Shown: in pieces, positions 1 through 13,137 of the stretch
How the letters are laid out: each line of letters starts with the position of its first letter
Position numbering within the stretch: the first letter of the stretch is position 1
From: Eledone cirrhosa
Lineage: Eukaryota
Reading direction: 5' to 3'
Assembly: GCA_964016885.1 (NCBI GenBank)
Contig: OZ024742.1
Location: 283,278,001 to 283,342,000 of the forward strand
DNA length: 64,000 bases
Translations under genes and position numbers: made by a program
Notes under the pieces: model-generated
Seen by the model: only the letters and a program-made list of their open reading frames with translations
What the model was told of the DNA's origin: nothing
The model's database searches: none

Positions 1-2
1 TT

Positions 3-2357
3 CTCGTTGATGATATCAATGACCAACGTCCAGTTTTCGACCAAGAAACCTATCATATTGTGTTGAATGAATCGTTCCTCAGCAATGTCAGTTTTTGCCA
101 GGTCCATGCATCTGACAGCGATGTTGGCAATAACGGCAGGGTCAGTTACGCAATCACTTCCGGTAACGACAATGGGCTATTCCGGATCCACCGAGAGAGT
201 GGCAGGATATTTATCAATGCTGGCCGTCACTTAGACTACGAGTCACAAACCAGTCACAAACTGGTCATCACGGCAATTGACTGTGTCGGCTGCAATGTTG
301 GTGAACCCCGTCTGATGAGCTTCACATCAGTCATTATAAATGTAACTGATATCAATGAATCTTCCCCGCGTTTCCCGCTACAGAGCTACATTGAATTTAT
401 TGCCGAAAATGAGCCAGTCAGCACTCGTATATTCCAAGCACATGCCAACGATGAAGACAAGTACGAGAAAATGAGCTACCACATGTTCAACAATGACTTC
501 AGCTACTTCTATATTGACAGAGAGAGTGGCTGGATTCACAGCTCGGTGGTCTTTGACTATGAATCACGGACACAATACACATTCATGCTGTTAGCCAATG
601 ACAGTAATGGACAGAACACAACAATAAAAGTCACAATAAATATCCTCAGCGTAGACGAGTACACACCAAAATTTAAAAAGAAGTCCTACTCGTTTGAGAT
701 CCGTGGTGACGCGGATGTTGGTGACTATGTCGGTGAAGTCAACGCCACTGATGAAGACAAAGGGGAAGATGGACGAATATTTTTCCAGCTTGGCGACCCG
801 GCAAGCCCGTTTGTGATCTCCCCATTGAATGGCAGCATCTACGTACGGGAAAATCTGAGAGGAATCAGAAGTGGGCACCAGTCCACTAGACGACGAAAGA
901 GGGATACAGAAGAAACGAAAGTAAATGAGAAATATGAATACGTATCTTTGGTAATTTTAGCGGGATCAGGAAAATCAAATTCTAAAAAGACGAGCACAAA
1001 AGTAAACATAAAAATTGACCGTGGCTGTGTTGGCTGTAATAAACTAGAAGTCTTTAGTCCGGAACCAAGCAGCAAGAAACTGGTGATAATTATTGTTGCG
1101 GTGTTAGTAAGTCTCATCATCATCAGTGTCTGCATTCTGTTGTTCTTGCTTTTTCGGCGTCGGTATCGCAAACGAAAACCCCGCAGCGCGCCACCAGCTT
1201 TTAATACTGCATTTGAGGTACCTCCGCCTGTTGCCCCAAGGCACACTGGACCGCCCTGCTACCAGGAAGTAGTTCACTGCAATGGACACTCAGTGAACAT
1301 TGCTCGGTCTGAGGTGCTTTCTGATAGGTCAGGTAACTCAACATCTAGTGGGCGTGGTTCTGCAGAAGAAGAAGAGGATGAAGAGATTCGTATGATCAAC
1401 TCCAACACCTGCATTCAGTCACAAACATTGTCGAGAAAGAGCAAAATGCCAGACTCCGGCATCCAGCAAGACGATGACAGCTGTTCCGAGCCCCAGGTTC
1501 AGAATCATCAAGAGTATTTTGCCCGTCTGGGTATCGATACTGCACGGATACAGGCCAAGGCAAAAGCTGCTACAGTAGCACCTTCTGTTGACAGTATTCG
1601 CCACTATCAAGATGAAGGCGGTGGAGAAGGCAACAATGTTGACAATTTTGTGTATGAAAAGCTAGGTGAAATTGAGACAGATGATGAGTTATCTATTATA
1701 GAGAACTCAAGAGATCAAGGGTTTCATGATGCAGAACCCCACCAGGTGACTTCATTATCTAGTGTAGTGAACAGCGAAGAAGAATACAGTGGTTCCTATA
1801 ACTGGGACTATTTGCTTGATTGGGGTCCACAATACATGCCACTGGCAGATGTTTTTGCTGAGATAGCTCAGCTGAAAGATGAAGAAAATTCAAACTTTAA
1901 ACCCAAAAAACAACCAGTTCACATGGTCCCTCAAAGATTTGTAAATAGCACACTAAATGCTAACATTCGAACTGTACCACCCCCTATAATTACAGATGCA
2001 CCCCCCAGAATGTATAAGCAAGGTTCAAAGCACTCTAGTCACACAGCAGCTCCAGGAGGCCCCATGATACCTTCATCAAGGACTAATGCTCCCCTCCCGC
2101 CGTTGCCTCGGTCACCAATCACCCACGAGTCCTTTTTCCCTTCGCCCGCATTGACTCCTTCATTTTCACCCTCCCTGTCACCATTGGCAACAAAATGTCC
2201 ATCCCTGTCTCCTGTTGTTAGCTCCCGTGGAGCTGCTGCAAGTTCTGGACACAGCTCTGGCCCAACAAACATGCCGGGCCGTGCACACGCAATAGTTAAA
2301 CAAAATCAGACTGGTTACATACCTCCACCAGATTCAGAGCAAGAGATTAGGATATGA
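3..2357 (+). CDS. ds: Dachsous-type atypical cadherin, 3' part (5'-partial; one uninterrupted exon covering the last ~3 cadherin repeats, TM helix and cytoplasmic tail)
   Basis: Frame is open from base 3 (LVDDINDQRPVF...). Cadherin motifs DINDQRP, DSDVGNNG, LDYE, DINESSP, FDYE, DEDKGEDG. TM LVIIIVAVLVSLIIISVCILLFLLF followed by RRRYRKRK. Cytoplasmic motifs SSGRGSAEEEEDEEIRMIN, PDSGIQQD and GSYNWDYLLDWGPQYMPLADVFAEIAQLKD match the Dachsous/DCHS1 conserved motifs as I recall them. Stop TGA at 2355-2357. Confidence 0.93.
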   Translation, partial: LVDDINDQRPVFDQETYHIVLNESFLSNVSFCQVHASDSDVGNNGRVSYAITSGNDNGLFRIHRESGRIFINAGRHLDYESQTSHKLVITAIDCVGCNVGEPRLMSFTSVIINVTDINESSPRFPLQSYIEFIAENEPVSTRIFQAHANDEDKYEKMSYHMFNNDFSYFYIDRESGWIHSSVVFDYESRTQYTFMLLANDSNGQNTTIKVTINILSVDEYTPKFKKKSYSFEIRGDADVGDYVGEVNATDEDKGEDGRIFFQLGDPASPFVISPLNGSIYVRENLRGIRSGHQSTRRRKRDTEETKVNEKYEYVSLVILAGSGKSNSKKTSTKVNIKIDRGCVGCNKLEVFSPEPSSKKLVIIIVAVLVSLIIISVCILLFLLFRRRYRKRKPRSAPPAFNTAFEVPPPVAPRHTGPPCYQEVVHCNGHSVNIARSEVLSDRSGNSTSSGRGSAEEEEDEEIRMINSNTCIQSQTLSRKSKMPDSGIQQDDDSCSEPQVQNHQEYFARLGIDTARIQAKAKAATVAPSVDSIRHYQDEGGGEGNNVDNFVYEKLGEIETDDELSIIENSRDQGFHDAEPHQVTSLSSVVNSEEEYSGSYNWDYLLDWGPQYMPLADVFAEIAQLKDEENSNFKPKKQPVHMVPQRFVNSTLNANIRTVPPPIITDAPPRMYKQGSKHSSHTAAPGGPMIPSSRTNAPLPPLPRSPITHESFFPSPALTPSFSPSLSPLATKCPSLSPVVSSRGAAASSGHSSGPTNMPGRAHAIVKQNQTGYIPPPDSEQEIRI

Positions 2358-2588
2358 AATGAAAAAAAAAATATGAATGGTTAAAAAAAAAGAAGACAAT
2401 TTCTTATTTTTTGTTCCAAATTTTTTTTTTTTTTTTTTCTTCCACCAATCAGTTCTGTTATTTCTCCATATGCCTTGTGTTCTGGTACTACAGGTCAGCC
2501 AGCTAGTAGGACATCACAATTTCACATTGTTCTAGTTCTAGAGGACAGGCAGACAGATAGAGACACACAGAAAAGATATATATATATG

Positions 2589-2639
<51 letters not shown>

Positions 2640-2681
2640 AAAGAGAGAGAGGGACAGTCAAAGATATAAATAAATAAGTAA

Positions 2682-2714
<33 letters not shown>

Positions 2715-2735
2715 TATATAAAGAAGGACAGTCAA

Positions 2736-2771
<36 letters not shown>

Positions 2772-3150
2772 AGAGGGAAGACAATGGTAGAGATAGAGAG
2801 AAATTGACATTGGTGATGTAGATGGTCTGCAACAGAAACACACAATTATCTAGATCAAGCAGGACAGTAGTTGAGGACCTGGCTAGATAAATTGCATCTG
2901 GGAGCCCCTCCTCCTACCTCCTTCACATAATTTTAACTAATACTACTACCACTACTATCACTACAAATGAAAGATGAGGTGGATGGTGGGGGACTTGTAC
3001 AGATGTCTACAGGCTGCATTGTCAAATGTCCTTCAGGAGGTGGGGTGGGGGGAACAAAAACAAAAACATTAGGCTCAATTCTCACATCGCTGCCAAACTA
3101 AATAAATGGAGGAGAAAGGTAAAAAATATACAAAATCAAAAATACAAAAA

Positions 3151-3193
<43 letters not shown>

Positions 3194-4011
3194 TATGTAT
3201 GTATGTATGTGTGTATGTATGTATGTATATACATATAAATAAATAAAAATATATATGAATAAATGAATAAATAAATATAAAAATAAAAGTGTTTGCTCTG
3301 CTCTTAACAATAATAAAGAAAGCCTGGTCTAATACTCCATTTGAATTCTGATATTTGGTTAGATATATAAAATTAATAAAAGAAAAAATATTGAATTTAT
3401 TTTTGCACAGCTTCCATCCATATATAGAGAGAGAAAAAAACTTTCACAAAAAAATTCACTTCCGTAAATCTCTGTATTCTAAAAATATTTTTGTCTTGGA
3501 AAAAAAAGTTAATATATAATAATAATAAGCAAAAAAAAAAATGCAAACAAATAAAAACAAACAATAAAAGATGAAAGAAAGAAAGTAAATATGAAACAGT
3601 AGATGAAAAAATCAAAAGAAAAAAGACAAACGAAAAGCCTCTTTTGTTGATTTTTTTTTTTTCAAATTCAAATTCTGGAAGTTGCTTTTATTTTTGAACA
3701 CATCCACACATCCACACATAATATATTATTTTTTCTTGATTTTAAATTAATTTTTAAATTAAACATTTTTTTTTTAATAATTTTAGTTTTTTAAGAATTT
3801 CTGAGCAGTTTAAATCAAATGGCTGTTAAAAATTATTTTTTTTACCTTCTATGGGCATGGGTTTCTTTTTTTTTTTTTTTTTTGTATCAATCATTCTTCA
3901 AGAGAAAGATTTGAAGAATGAATGATAAAAAAAGAAACATAAAAACTCACATGCTTCAATTATGAAAAAAAAAAGTATATTATTATTGTTGTTATTACTA
4001 CTGTTATTGTG

Positions 4012-4275
4012 AAGGCATGCAACTGGCTGTTAGGGTGTTGGGCTTACAATCATAATGTTGTGGGTTCGATTCCTAGGCTGGGTGGCACATTATGTTCTTG
4101 AGCAAGGCACTTTACTTCACCTTGTTCCAGTCCACTCAGCTGAAAATATGTACCAGCAGCAGCTGGGGTGTTAACCTTGCAAAGGACTGGCATCCCATCA
4201 TGAAGTAGAATCATGTACTCACAGTTAGTTGCTTAATGCCTATGAAACCAGGATAACATCCACCCTGATGAGCTT
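4012..4275 (+). mobile_element. tRNA-derived SINE, family A
   Basis: B box gggttcgattcc, then cttgagcaaggcacttta and ccagtccactcagctg. Further copies at ~17729-17960 (+), 18310-18446 (-), 38110-38217 (-), 46808-47015 (-). Confidence 0.75.
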
Positions 4276-4578
4276 GGGTCAAACTTCAACTGCTATTATG
4301 ATTAGTAGTATTATTATTATCAACATCATTATTCATATTATGTTATTTAATTATTATTGATATTATTATTCATTATTTATATTATTATTATTATTATTAT
4401 TATTATTTCATTTCACAGTGATTACCAAAATATTCAAACGAAAAAAAACATACAAACATAAACAAGAAATAAAGATTAAAAATAACATAGAACACAATGT
4501 CCTTTCATCATTAGCCATTTTCCAAAGAACTGTTTCAATGGTTTTCTTTTTAATTCTTTAATATTATTATGGTTGTTA

Positions 4579-4617
<39 letters not shown>

Positions 4618-4618
4618 G

Positions 4619-4838
4619 GGCGGTGGATTGGCAGTACTGGGAGAGCATCGGACACCCTGCTTTTCGGCACATAGTTACGGCTCTTTACATTCAGAGTTCA
4701 AATCCCGCCAAGGTTATCTTTGCTTTCATCCTTATGAGGTCAATAAAATAAAGTACCAGTAATGCACTGGGGTCGATTTAATTGACTTTACCCACCTTCC
4801 CTTCAAATTGCTGGCCTTGTGCCAAAAGTAGAAACAAT
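4619..4838 (+). mobile_element. tRNA-derived SINE, family B
   Basis: ggcggtggattggcag..gagttcaaatcccgcc..ctttcatcc..gtaccag..ggccttgtgccaaaagtagaaacaatt; many copies in the window. Confidence 0.8.
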
Positions 4839-4990
4839 TGTGTGCGGTTTCTTTATTGTAACACACATAACTAACTAAATCTCTTCTAGACAGGCTTGTT
4901 GCTTATATATATATATGTGTGTGTGTATGTATGTATGTATATATATAAATACATATATGGACACTTGCACACATTATATATATATATATA

Positions 4991-5910
4991 TGCAAGGTGC
5001 TATTAGAAAGTTTCTGGATTTGGCCTAAAAAAGAGTGCACCAGCTCTCAAATAAATAAATTATTTCATATATTATTTATATTTGGGTACAGTCCCCTACA
5101 GAATAGTCCCCACTGGAATGTATACAGTGTTCCCAGCATGTCTTCCATGCCTTAAAATTACAGTAGATGTCCTCTTCTTGATAGCCATTCAATCCAATCC
5201 AATTGAATTTTAAGCACCATTTTAGCTTGAATCATATTTTGGTAAAAACAACAATGTCACTGGTGGATATGTTCAGTTAGAGATGGAGGGTTACGAACAA
5301 CTGAGTGTTAAGCACTTGGGAGACACAAACTTGGTAGGGATGTGATACATGATACATGTTCAAATTTTTTTCCCTAACAAATATCCTGAGACCCTCATAA
5401 CTGATTGAAATTATGTGAGAAAGTGAGAAGATTCCTCAACGACTGACAGCCTTTACAGATGAGTTAAGGAATTCTTTACAGATTTTTTTACGTTTTGCTA
5501 GTGACTGGTTGCACTTAATCTTAACCTTCTGGACGCCACAGGTGCATTATGTCGCCTATAGAGTAATCTCCCCTTAATACATAATGCAGTGTTAAGGGAA
5601 GCAATTCATAAAAAATTCTAGCATGCTAAAGGTTAAGCTAACACACAACTGGTCTAAAAAACACCTGTGTTGGATTTAAAGAATTTTCACTAAGAGCTTA
5701 ACGATGCATGGGTCTCAATAGCAGATTTGCTGAGCTACAGACAAAATTTGTCTGCCATTGTAAAATTGAAAAAAAATTGTAACACTGTATGTAAGAGTGA
5801 CTCAGTAGGTTGGCTATTATTGCTCGTCAGCTGTGCATACATTTCCATTGAGCAGTACAATCACAGATCACAGAACATACACCCTGAAAACTTTCTGATA
5901 ACATCTTGTG
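4991..5910 (-). mobile_element. Mariner-like relic with imperfect TIRs
   Basis: ta|tgcaaggtgctattagaaagtttc ... gaaaactttctgataacatcttgtg|ta. Minus-strand traces KFC..KSAIETH..TQVF resemble the mariner HTH N-terminus. Confidence 0.6.
5522..5636. mobile_element. piggyBac-type MITE nested in the mariner relic
   Basis: TTAA-cctt ... aagg-TTAA termini. Confidence 0.5.
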
Positions 5911-6117
5911 TATCTGTGTGTACATATATATATATATATACATACATACACATATGTATATATATATATATATATATACATATATATATACATATACATA
6001 TATATATATATATACATATACACACATATGTATCGATATTTATATGTATCTGTGCCTATATATACACACATACACACTTATATTTGTATATATATGCATG
6101 TGTGTGTATATATGTAC

Positions 6118-6161
<44 letters not shown>

Positions 6162-6874
6162 AACCTACACTTTGTTCTGGAAATAAAATCTCTTTCTATC
6201 TGTCTATCTCTCTCTACATTGCAGTTACTCCAGAACATACTCTGTCTTTATACTATGTGCAAAACTAACCACTCAATCAACCAATAAAAGCAAAGCTTCC
6301 CTCCAACAACAGAAACAAATTATATTTTGTTTTTTTTTTTTGTTTTTTTTTGGCATGTTGTTTTTTGTTCTTTGAACTTTGAATTTTTTCTGTATCTCAT
6401 CTCACTCCCTCTTTGTCTTCCATATGTTTATGCAAATATTTCATCATCATTGTCATTTAACATCCAATTTTCTGCTAGCTAGTTATATATATATATCCAG
6501 GGAGTGTAACGTGAAGTTACTGTAGGTTCGCTCAGGTGAGCACTCGATGTTTAGCTTCACGTCAGTAGCGAGGTGTAAAGCTAAATAGAGTGTAAATATA
6601 ATAATACAAGGACGATTTGTTATGCCTTCATTACATTTATTGATTGGTGACGTCCATTTTCCTATTGATCAGCTGAAGGTTTGATCTGTATTGATCTGGC
6701 CCAACTCTGGAATCAAAATCTCGTCGGACCTCTGCTGTTGTAATGAAAGGTGAGTTGTTGGCCAGAGACCATTGAATTAATATCGACAATTTTCGCAAAC
6801 CTTGTGTATATACATATATATATATACATATATATATATACATATATATATATATACATTTATATATATACATT

Positions 6875-6906
<32 letters not shown>

Positions 6907-6957
6907 CGCATATATACATATATATATACGCATATATACATATATATATATATATAC

Positions 6958-7013
<56 letters not shown>

Positions 7014-7037
7014 GCATATATACATATATATATACGC

Positions 7038-7068
<31 letters not shown>

Positions 7069-7102
7069 CATATATACATATATATATACGCATATATACA
7101 TA

Positions 7103-7142
<40 letters not shown>

Positions 7143-7311
7143 CATATATACATTTATATATACATATATATATATATATACATGTATATATATACATATA
7201 TATATACATATATATATACATATATATATATACATATACATATATATATACATATACATATAAAATAAAGTTAAATAAAAGTCAAATGATTAAAATTTAG
7301 CTTCGTTTATT

Positions 7312-7366
7312 ACTGCTATATATATTTCAGTGACAGCCATCTTTGGCTGTGACCTCTTCAGGCAGT
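7312..7366 (-). ncRNA. Minimal type-I hammerhead ribozyme motif
   Basis: Minus strand: actgc CTGAAGA ggtcacagcc-aaagat-ggctgtcact GAAA tatata TA gcagt AATAAA. Stem I 5 bp, stem II 9/10 bp, self-complementary stem III. Confidence 0.8.
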
Positions 7367-7442
7367 TTACAACCAACATAAACTCAAAATCTACATATAC
7401 ATATACATATATATACATATATATATATATACATGTATATAT

Positions 7443-7473
<31 letters not shown>

Positions 7474-7579
7474 TGCATTTACATATATATATATATATGT
7501 AAATGCATATATATATATATATATATATGTAAATGTATATATATATATATGTAAATGCATATATATATATATATATATA

Positions 7580-8155
7580 ACAAAGTGCAGGGCAATAAAG
7601 ATAGACGGTAGTCACGGAATAGGCAGACCTAGAAAAACCTGGGACGAGCTGATAAACTCCGACATCACACACTTACACCTCTCCAAGACAATGTCACTGG
7701 ACCGAGACCTTTGGCGGTACTCAGTAACAGAGAAGACCCGCCTTACCTAAATATATAGTAAAACCTACTCCAGCCAGTAGGCATCTCTAACAAAATACAC
7801 CCCGTCCCACCACCACCACCCCCACCCCATCCACACCAACCCGTTCTATGTAAAGTTATGTTGGTGCCGCGCCATCCAGGCCGAAACAAATGAGATCGTG
7901 TAGGTGTCACGACAAAAAAACACACAGTCCACGCTGTAATGTGGCCGTGTAGGCAACACGGTAAAAACCTCCCAGACCCACACTGTAAATGTGGTTGGTG
8001 TTAGGAAGGGCATCCAACTGTAGAAAACCTGCCAGACAGTCCTATGCGAGCAAGACAATCACTCTTGCCTCAAGTGGGACTACCCCCGTCCAAACCCATG
8101 CAAGCGTGGAACACGGACGTTAAACGTTTATGATGATGATGATGATGATGATGAT
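7580..8155 (+). mobile_element. RTE-clade LINE 3' end
   Basis: [24 protein letters not shown] motif, RTE-type 3' UTR (aggaagggcatcc..) ending in (gat)n. Confidence 0.75.
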
Positions 8156-8169
8156 ATATATGTAAATGC

Positions 8170-8208
<39 letters not shown>

Positions 8209-8371
8209 AATGAAAGTATAGAAATTATTGTGAGCATGAAGCCAACAGTATTTCATAATATATAAGTGACTATAACGTCAAAATGGAAAAATAGTTAACG
8301 TAAGATGTGGGAAAATAATTCAAACTCAATTAAAAAGATCAAGACATTGACTTATCCACTAAGCCATGTGC

Positions 8372-8558
<187 letters not shown>

Positions 8559-8697
8559 TGTATATGGAGGCACATGGCTTAGTGGTTAGAGCATTGGCCT
8601 TGCAATCAAAAGGTTGTGAGTTCAATTCTCAGACTTGTGGATGCAGAGGGACAATATATATATATATAAGTAGTTCCACAACAGTTAGTTCACCATA

Positions 8698-8740
8698 CCG
8701 AGAACAAATGTTTCACCTTAAATGGATCTTCAGCTCGGTC
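8698..8740 (-). ncRNA. Minimal type-I hammerhead ribozyme motif at the centre of a fold-back
   Basis: Minus strand: accgag CTGAAGA t-cc-atttaa-gg-t GAAA ca-tt-tg TT ctcggt. Stem I continues through the 8669-8768 inverted repeat. Confidence 0.7.
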
Positions 8741-8872
8741 TGGTGAACTAACTGTTGTGGAACTACTTCTACCAAACTCGTCCCATGGATTGAGTGCTCT
8801 ATTACTACGGATATAACCCTCCAGTGTTCTACTATTATATTTTATTATATTTATATTTATATATATATATAT

Positions 8873-9315
8873 AGGGGTGGTGGAAGCATTTCTGAATTGG
8901 GGGAGCCAAATTTGGTTTATTTAGTTGTGATTAGTTTAGCTATTTGCACTCTTATATGGTCAGAAAATGCTATTTGAGTCCAAGCAAGTCATATTACATT
9001 TACAACTTTCAATAATTATAAAGTGATTATAGGAAAATGACCCATGAAATCTGTCTCTGAATAAACATACTAGCATTTAGCAAATAGTGATATGCAGAGA
9101 AAAATTCATGACATGACAAAAATATTTACTGTGAAGCTTAATATGTTACACTGTTATTATCAAATATCAACTAAGATATAAAAAAAAACTTTGATACGCA
9201 ACAAACATAACATACATAAATTGTAACGCATATATACAAATAGATGTATGTTTTGGTAGTTTCGGAGAAAAATGTAATTATGGGGTGGGGGGGGGGACTA
9301 GTTCCACCATCCCTG
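8873..9315. mobile_element. hAT-like MITE in (TA)n
   Basis: TIRs aggggtggtggaa ... ttccaccatccctg. Confidence 0.55.
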
Positions 9316-9862
9316 ATATATATATATAAAAGAAATAAATTTCGCTTCAAGCATAGATTTATACAAATATGTATAGAAATTTTGTATTTCTAAGGAAACA
9401 CGGTTTTAGGAAGCCGTAGCTATGCAAACACCGGGGCTAACGCCCTCTGGTGGTGTCCAGCAGAAGCAAGGGGGACAACCGTCTTTGCACTTCAGGCTTG
9501 ACTGGCCTTCTTCAGGACGGTCCCTCCCACCGCTTGCGACTGCTGGACTTGAAAACAGTCGAGAATATATAGTTTTCTCGTCTGTGTAAATGAGGTGATT
9601 AATCTCAGCTGCATAAGTTGGTTCAACTTATAATAGAAAATAAATATATATATATATACACTTACATACTAACAGTCTTGCCAGGAAAAACTTCAATCAC
9701 CTGAGACTATCTTCATTTCAGGACCAACATTTCTGTGCGTCAAGGTGATAAGAAGCAAACAAGGGAGAAGATATCTCAGTTTTTTTAACGATTTAAGAAT
9801 ATATATATATATAATGAGGAAAATGCGAAGTTGTAGATGTTAAAGAGTCCTTTATTAATAAA

Positions 9863-9935
9863 GCTGTGATACATATTTCAATGACGAACATGGTCACTTA
9901 ATTATGTAACCATTCCCGTGATCTCATCAGACAGC
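9863..9935 (-). ncRNA. Type-I hammerhead ribozyme motif with long stem II
   Basis: Minus strand: gctgt CTGATGA gatcacgggaatggttac-ataattaa-gtgaccatgttcgtcatt GAAA ta-tg-ta TC acagc..AATAAA. 16 of 18 stem II pairs are WC or GU. Confidence 0.8.
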
Positions 9936-12900
9936 AACATTAAGTAAAAAGGTTATGTTTCCGAAGCAAGGAAACTGACAAAAAATGATATTTTGGTTAG
10001 GGTTGCCCGTTCCCTTATATATATATATATATATATAATCAAGCGTTTTGCGGTCATTTTCTCTGCTAAAGCAGGATTTAATTTTACAGGCCCTATGATA
10101 TATTTCATACTTATCATGCGATCCCTTCTGAGGCAATGTTTATATTGTAAGAGGTAACTAAAAGAGTTGGTGCTATAAATGCCATTCAACTGCAAAACAT
10201 TGTCTCAGAAGGGATCGCATGATAAGCATGAAGAATGTCATATTGCCTGTAAGGTTAAATCTTGCTTTAGCAGAGAGAAAATGACTGCAAAACGTTTGAT
10301 TATATATATATGTATATATATATGGCCCCGTTGAAGCGCTTTTGGAGAACCTTGTGCTAAACATGTGATTCATTGGGTGCCTCTCAGATATTTCTGAAGC
10401 AGGACCTAATTCGGGAGTCATTAATTGACAACGTTTTATAATACTTACCTCCCTTACCTTCCTTTTCCACTCTCTCTATATCGATACATTATCCATTCTC
10501 TGTGCTTATTACCCTTTTTACAACATGTTTTAGAACTCTTTCACACTTGAAGGACAAGAAAAGTACACAACCATCAATAAAAGGCACATGAATTAGGTCC
10601 TGTTTCAGAAATATCTGAAAGAGACACCCAATGAAACACATGTACCTGAAATGGAACCATAGTAAGTTTAATAATAATTATCAGTATTCCACATCTCGTC
10701 TCACGGATTGCGTGTCCTTCTAGTTTTTTTTTAATATCCTTTACCAAATTACACTATGTATATATATATATATATGTGTGTGTACTTAAAAGGCAAACAG
10801 AAATAACAAAGTAGACGGGGGTAGAGAAGTAAGCACGAGCGTATGTGTGCAAGATTAAAGAAATTGGGGAGGTGAATGAGTCCATTAGCAAAACTGGACC
10901 CAAGGCGGAAAATTAGACTCTGCACAGTCCTGGTGCGCGAGGCCTATGATCTGTGATGTAAAAGCACACGAAGGGCTGGACCATGTATGGAAGAGTGACC
11001 TGGGGAACTGAAATGACGAACGACAGGAGTATCCATGCCGAGCCGTATGTCCCTCAAGTATTCAGGAAATAAGTGCGCCAAGAAGGAGAAGAAGGGTCGT
11101 CACAGGAGATTACTGGCTGATGAATGTAGTATTCAATTCTGTTGTAACTTCTTACTTCTCTCTTCAAGTATATCACATTTCAATGTGGCATGATGACGCC
11201 TCTTTTTAGATAGATGTATTTCCAATTAGGATCATTATCACAGACTTTATCAAATGAACTACAAATTTTGGCAAGAGTACTCTGAATATTTACTTGTACA
11301 CTATTATGAATAGTCTTAGACGTGTATCGTATCGTTATCATCGTGTGGCCTCACTCAGATCGTCAGCGCATAAAACATTTTTTCAGGGCGAGAATAGGTA
11401 GATTGACATAGAAAATAGACGTGAATTCGCAAAATGTTTTAGAAGAGCTTTCAAAATTGACGTGAATTGACAGGATTGACAGTGTGGTGGACAAAAATAA
11501 CGTTAGTTGAAAAAATCGAAAATGAGAAAAACAATATGGTAGAATTATTGGTAGAAAAACAATTGGTAGAATTATTAAACAAGAGTCGATCATTCATAGA
11601 GACACAATCAATCCTAATGGCTTCCAAAAAATGTCCACCTACCCAATTTCACACAGAAAGCTCGGGTCCAGCCGAGGCTATATTAGAAAAAATAATAATA
11701 AATAAACGCTTGCCAAAGTTGCTACGCAGCGAGACCGAACCTATATAAACATTAATTGAAAAGGTTTGAAGCGTTGAGGGTATATTAATTTTCATAAAAT
11801 TGTAGTATTCTCAGCGCAAAGAGTAGCTGTAAATGTCGGGTTAAGATAGAACCTCATATTGAACGGAGAGCGGGAGAGAAAGGAAGAAAGAGAGTCTAAA
11901 GCATGAGATAAGAAATGAGAGGGGAAGAGAAAAGCGGGAATGCATAATCGAATGCACAATTTAATGGCTGTAGACGTAAAACAAGATATGCAAGGCATTA
12001 CTAACATATGGACTATAAAAACGTAATATTTGTAAACGCATAGAATATCTCCATTACTGTTAATAAAACAATTTGTGAAGGAATTAATATTTAACCAAAG
12101 TTCCTCAAAGGTCCAAAAAATTTGTTTAATTCATTTTCCTAATTAAAAAAAAAAATTTCTCGTAATATTTTACTAACATTTATTTTTGGAAAAATTTTTG
12201 GAAAAATTTTCCTCAAAATTCTTTGAAAATTCTTTCTAAAAATTTTCTTACAATTTTCTACAAAAATTTCACCAAACTTTTCCTGAAAATTACGATCGAT
12301 GCCATGCTGGGTAAATATATTTATCATAGCCTGGGATTGACACAAGGCTTGCGAGTGAAATTGTATAGGCAGAAACTGCGTGGAAGCTCCTCGTACCTGT
12401 CATATAATGTGTCACGCTTAGTCGGCTTGGAAAATATGTTACGGGTGACTTTGGAAAACTCATCCACTTACATGTTAATTCACGAATTGGACACTCAGGT
12501 GATCGGACAAATAGATGCTCATCGTCGAAACCAATGGAGTAGCCATCATCATCATCATGGCCACCAATGACCAGTGTGTTTTTTGTCCAGAGTTCCCTGA
12601 CCATAACGTACCCTATGATTAAAGTATGGTCAATACCCACGATAAGTTCAATAATCTTCAAACAGTTTCTGTCTATTCAATTTTACACACAAGACTTGGA
12701 TCGACTGAGAATGTTTTAAAAGAAAACATTCTTCTAAAAAGATGCTTTCTAATGCATCTTCTTTGTCCTTGCAGCAATTGACAATGCCGTTGTTACTCTA
12801 AGCATTGGGTATGATATATTCCTAAGGAATGAAATGGATTTCCGTCAATTTCGACAATAAGTGTTCCAGTTGTTCAGTTAATAGAATGACCTACTCGTCA

Positions 12901-13137
12901 AATTAACCTGTACGTGTCTGAGTATTCTACAGACATATGAAATATCCTTAACCTAATTCTAAAGGTGAATCAGCATAACACAACATGTAACAAGACATGA
13001 TCAGCGAATGTTGGCTACAATTCATCCAGTCTGCTTCCAAACAGTTTCCGTCATTTCCGTAATTTCACTCATATGGATTGGCTCGAGCCGAAGCTATGGT
13101 TTAAAAAATTGCTTCTGCAATTGCCTTTTCCTAGTGC

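Noticed and set aside
3-2357. Member of the expanded cephalopod clustered protocadherins
   Set aside because: The cytoplasmic motifs are Dachsous-specific and no tandem paralogues occur in the window.
8567-8640. tRNA gene
   Set aside because: A/B-box head of a truncated SINE with no complete cloverleaf.
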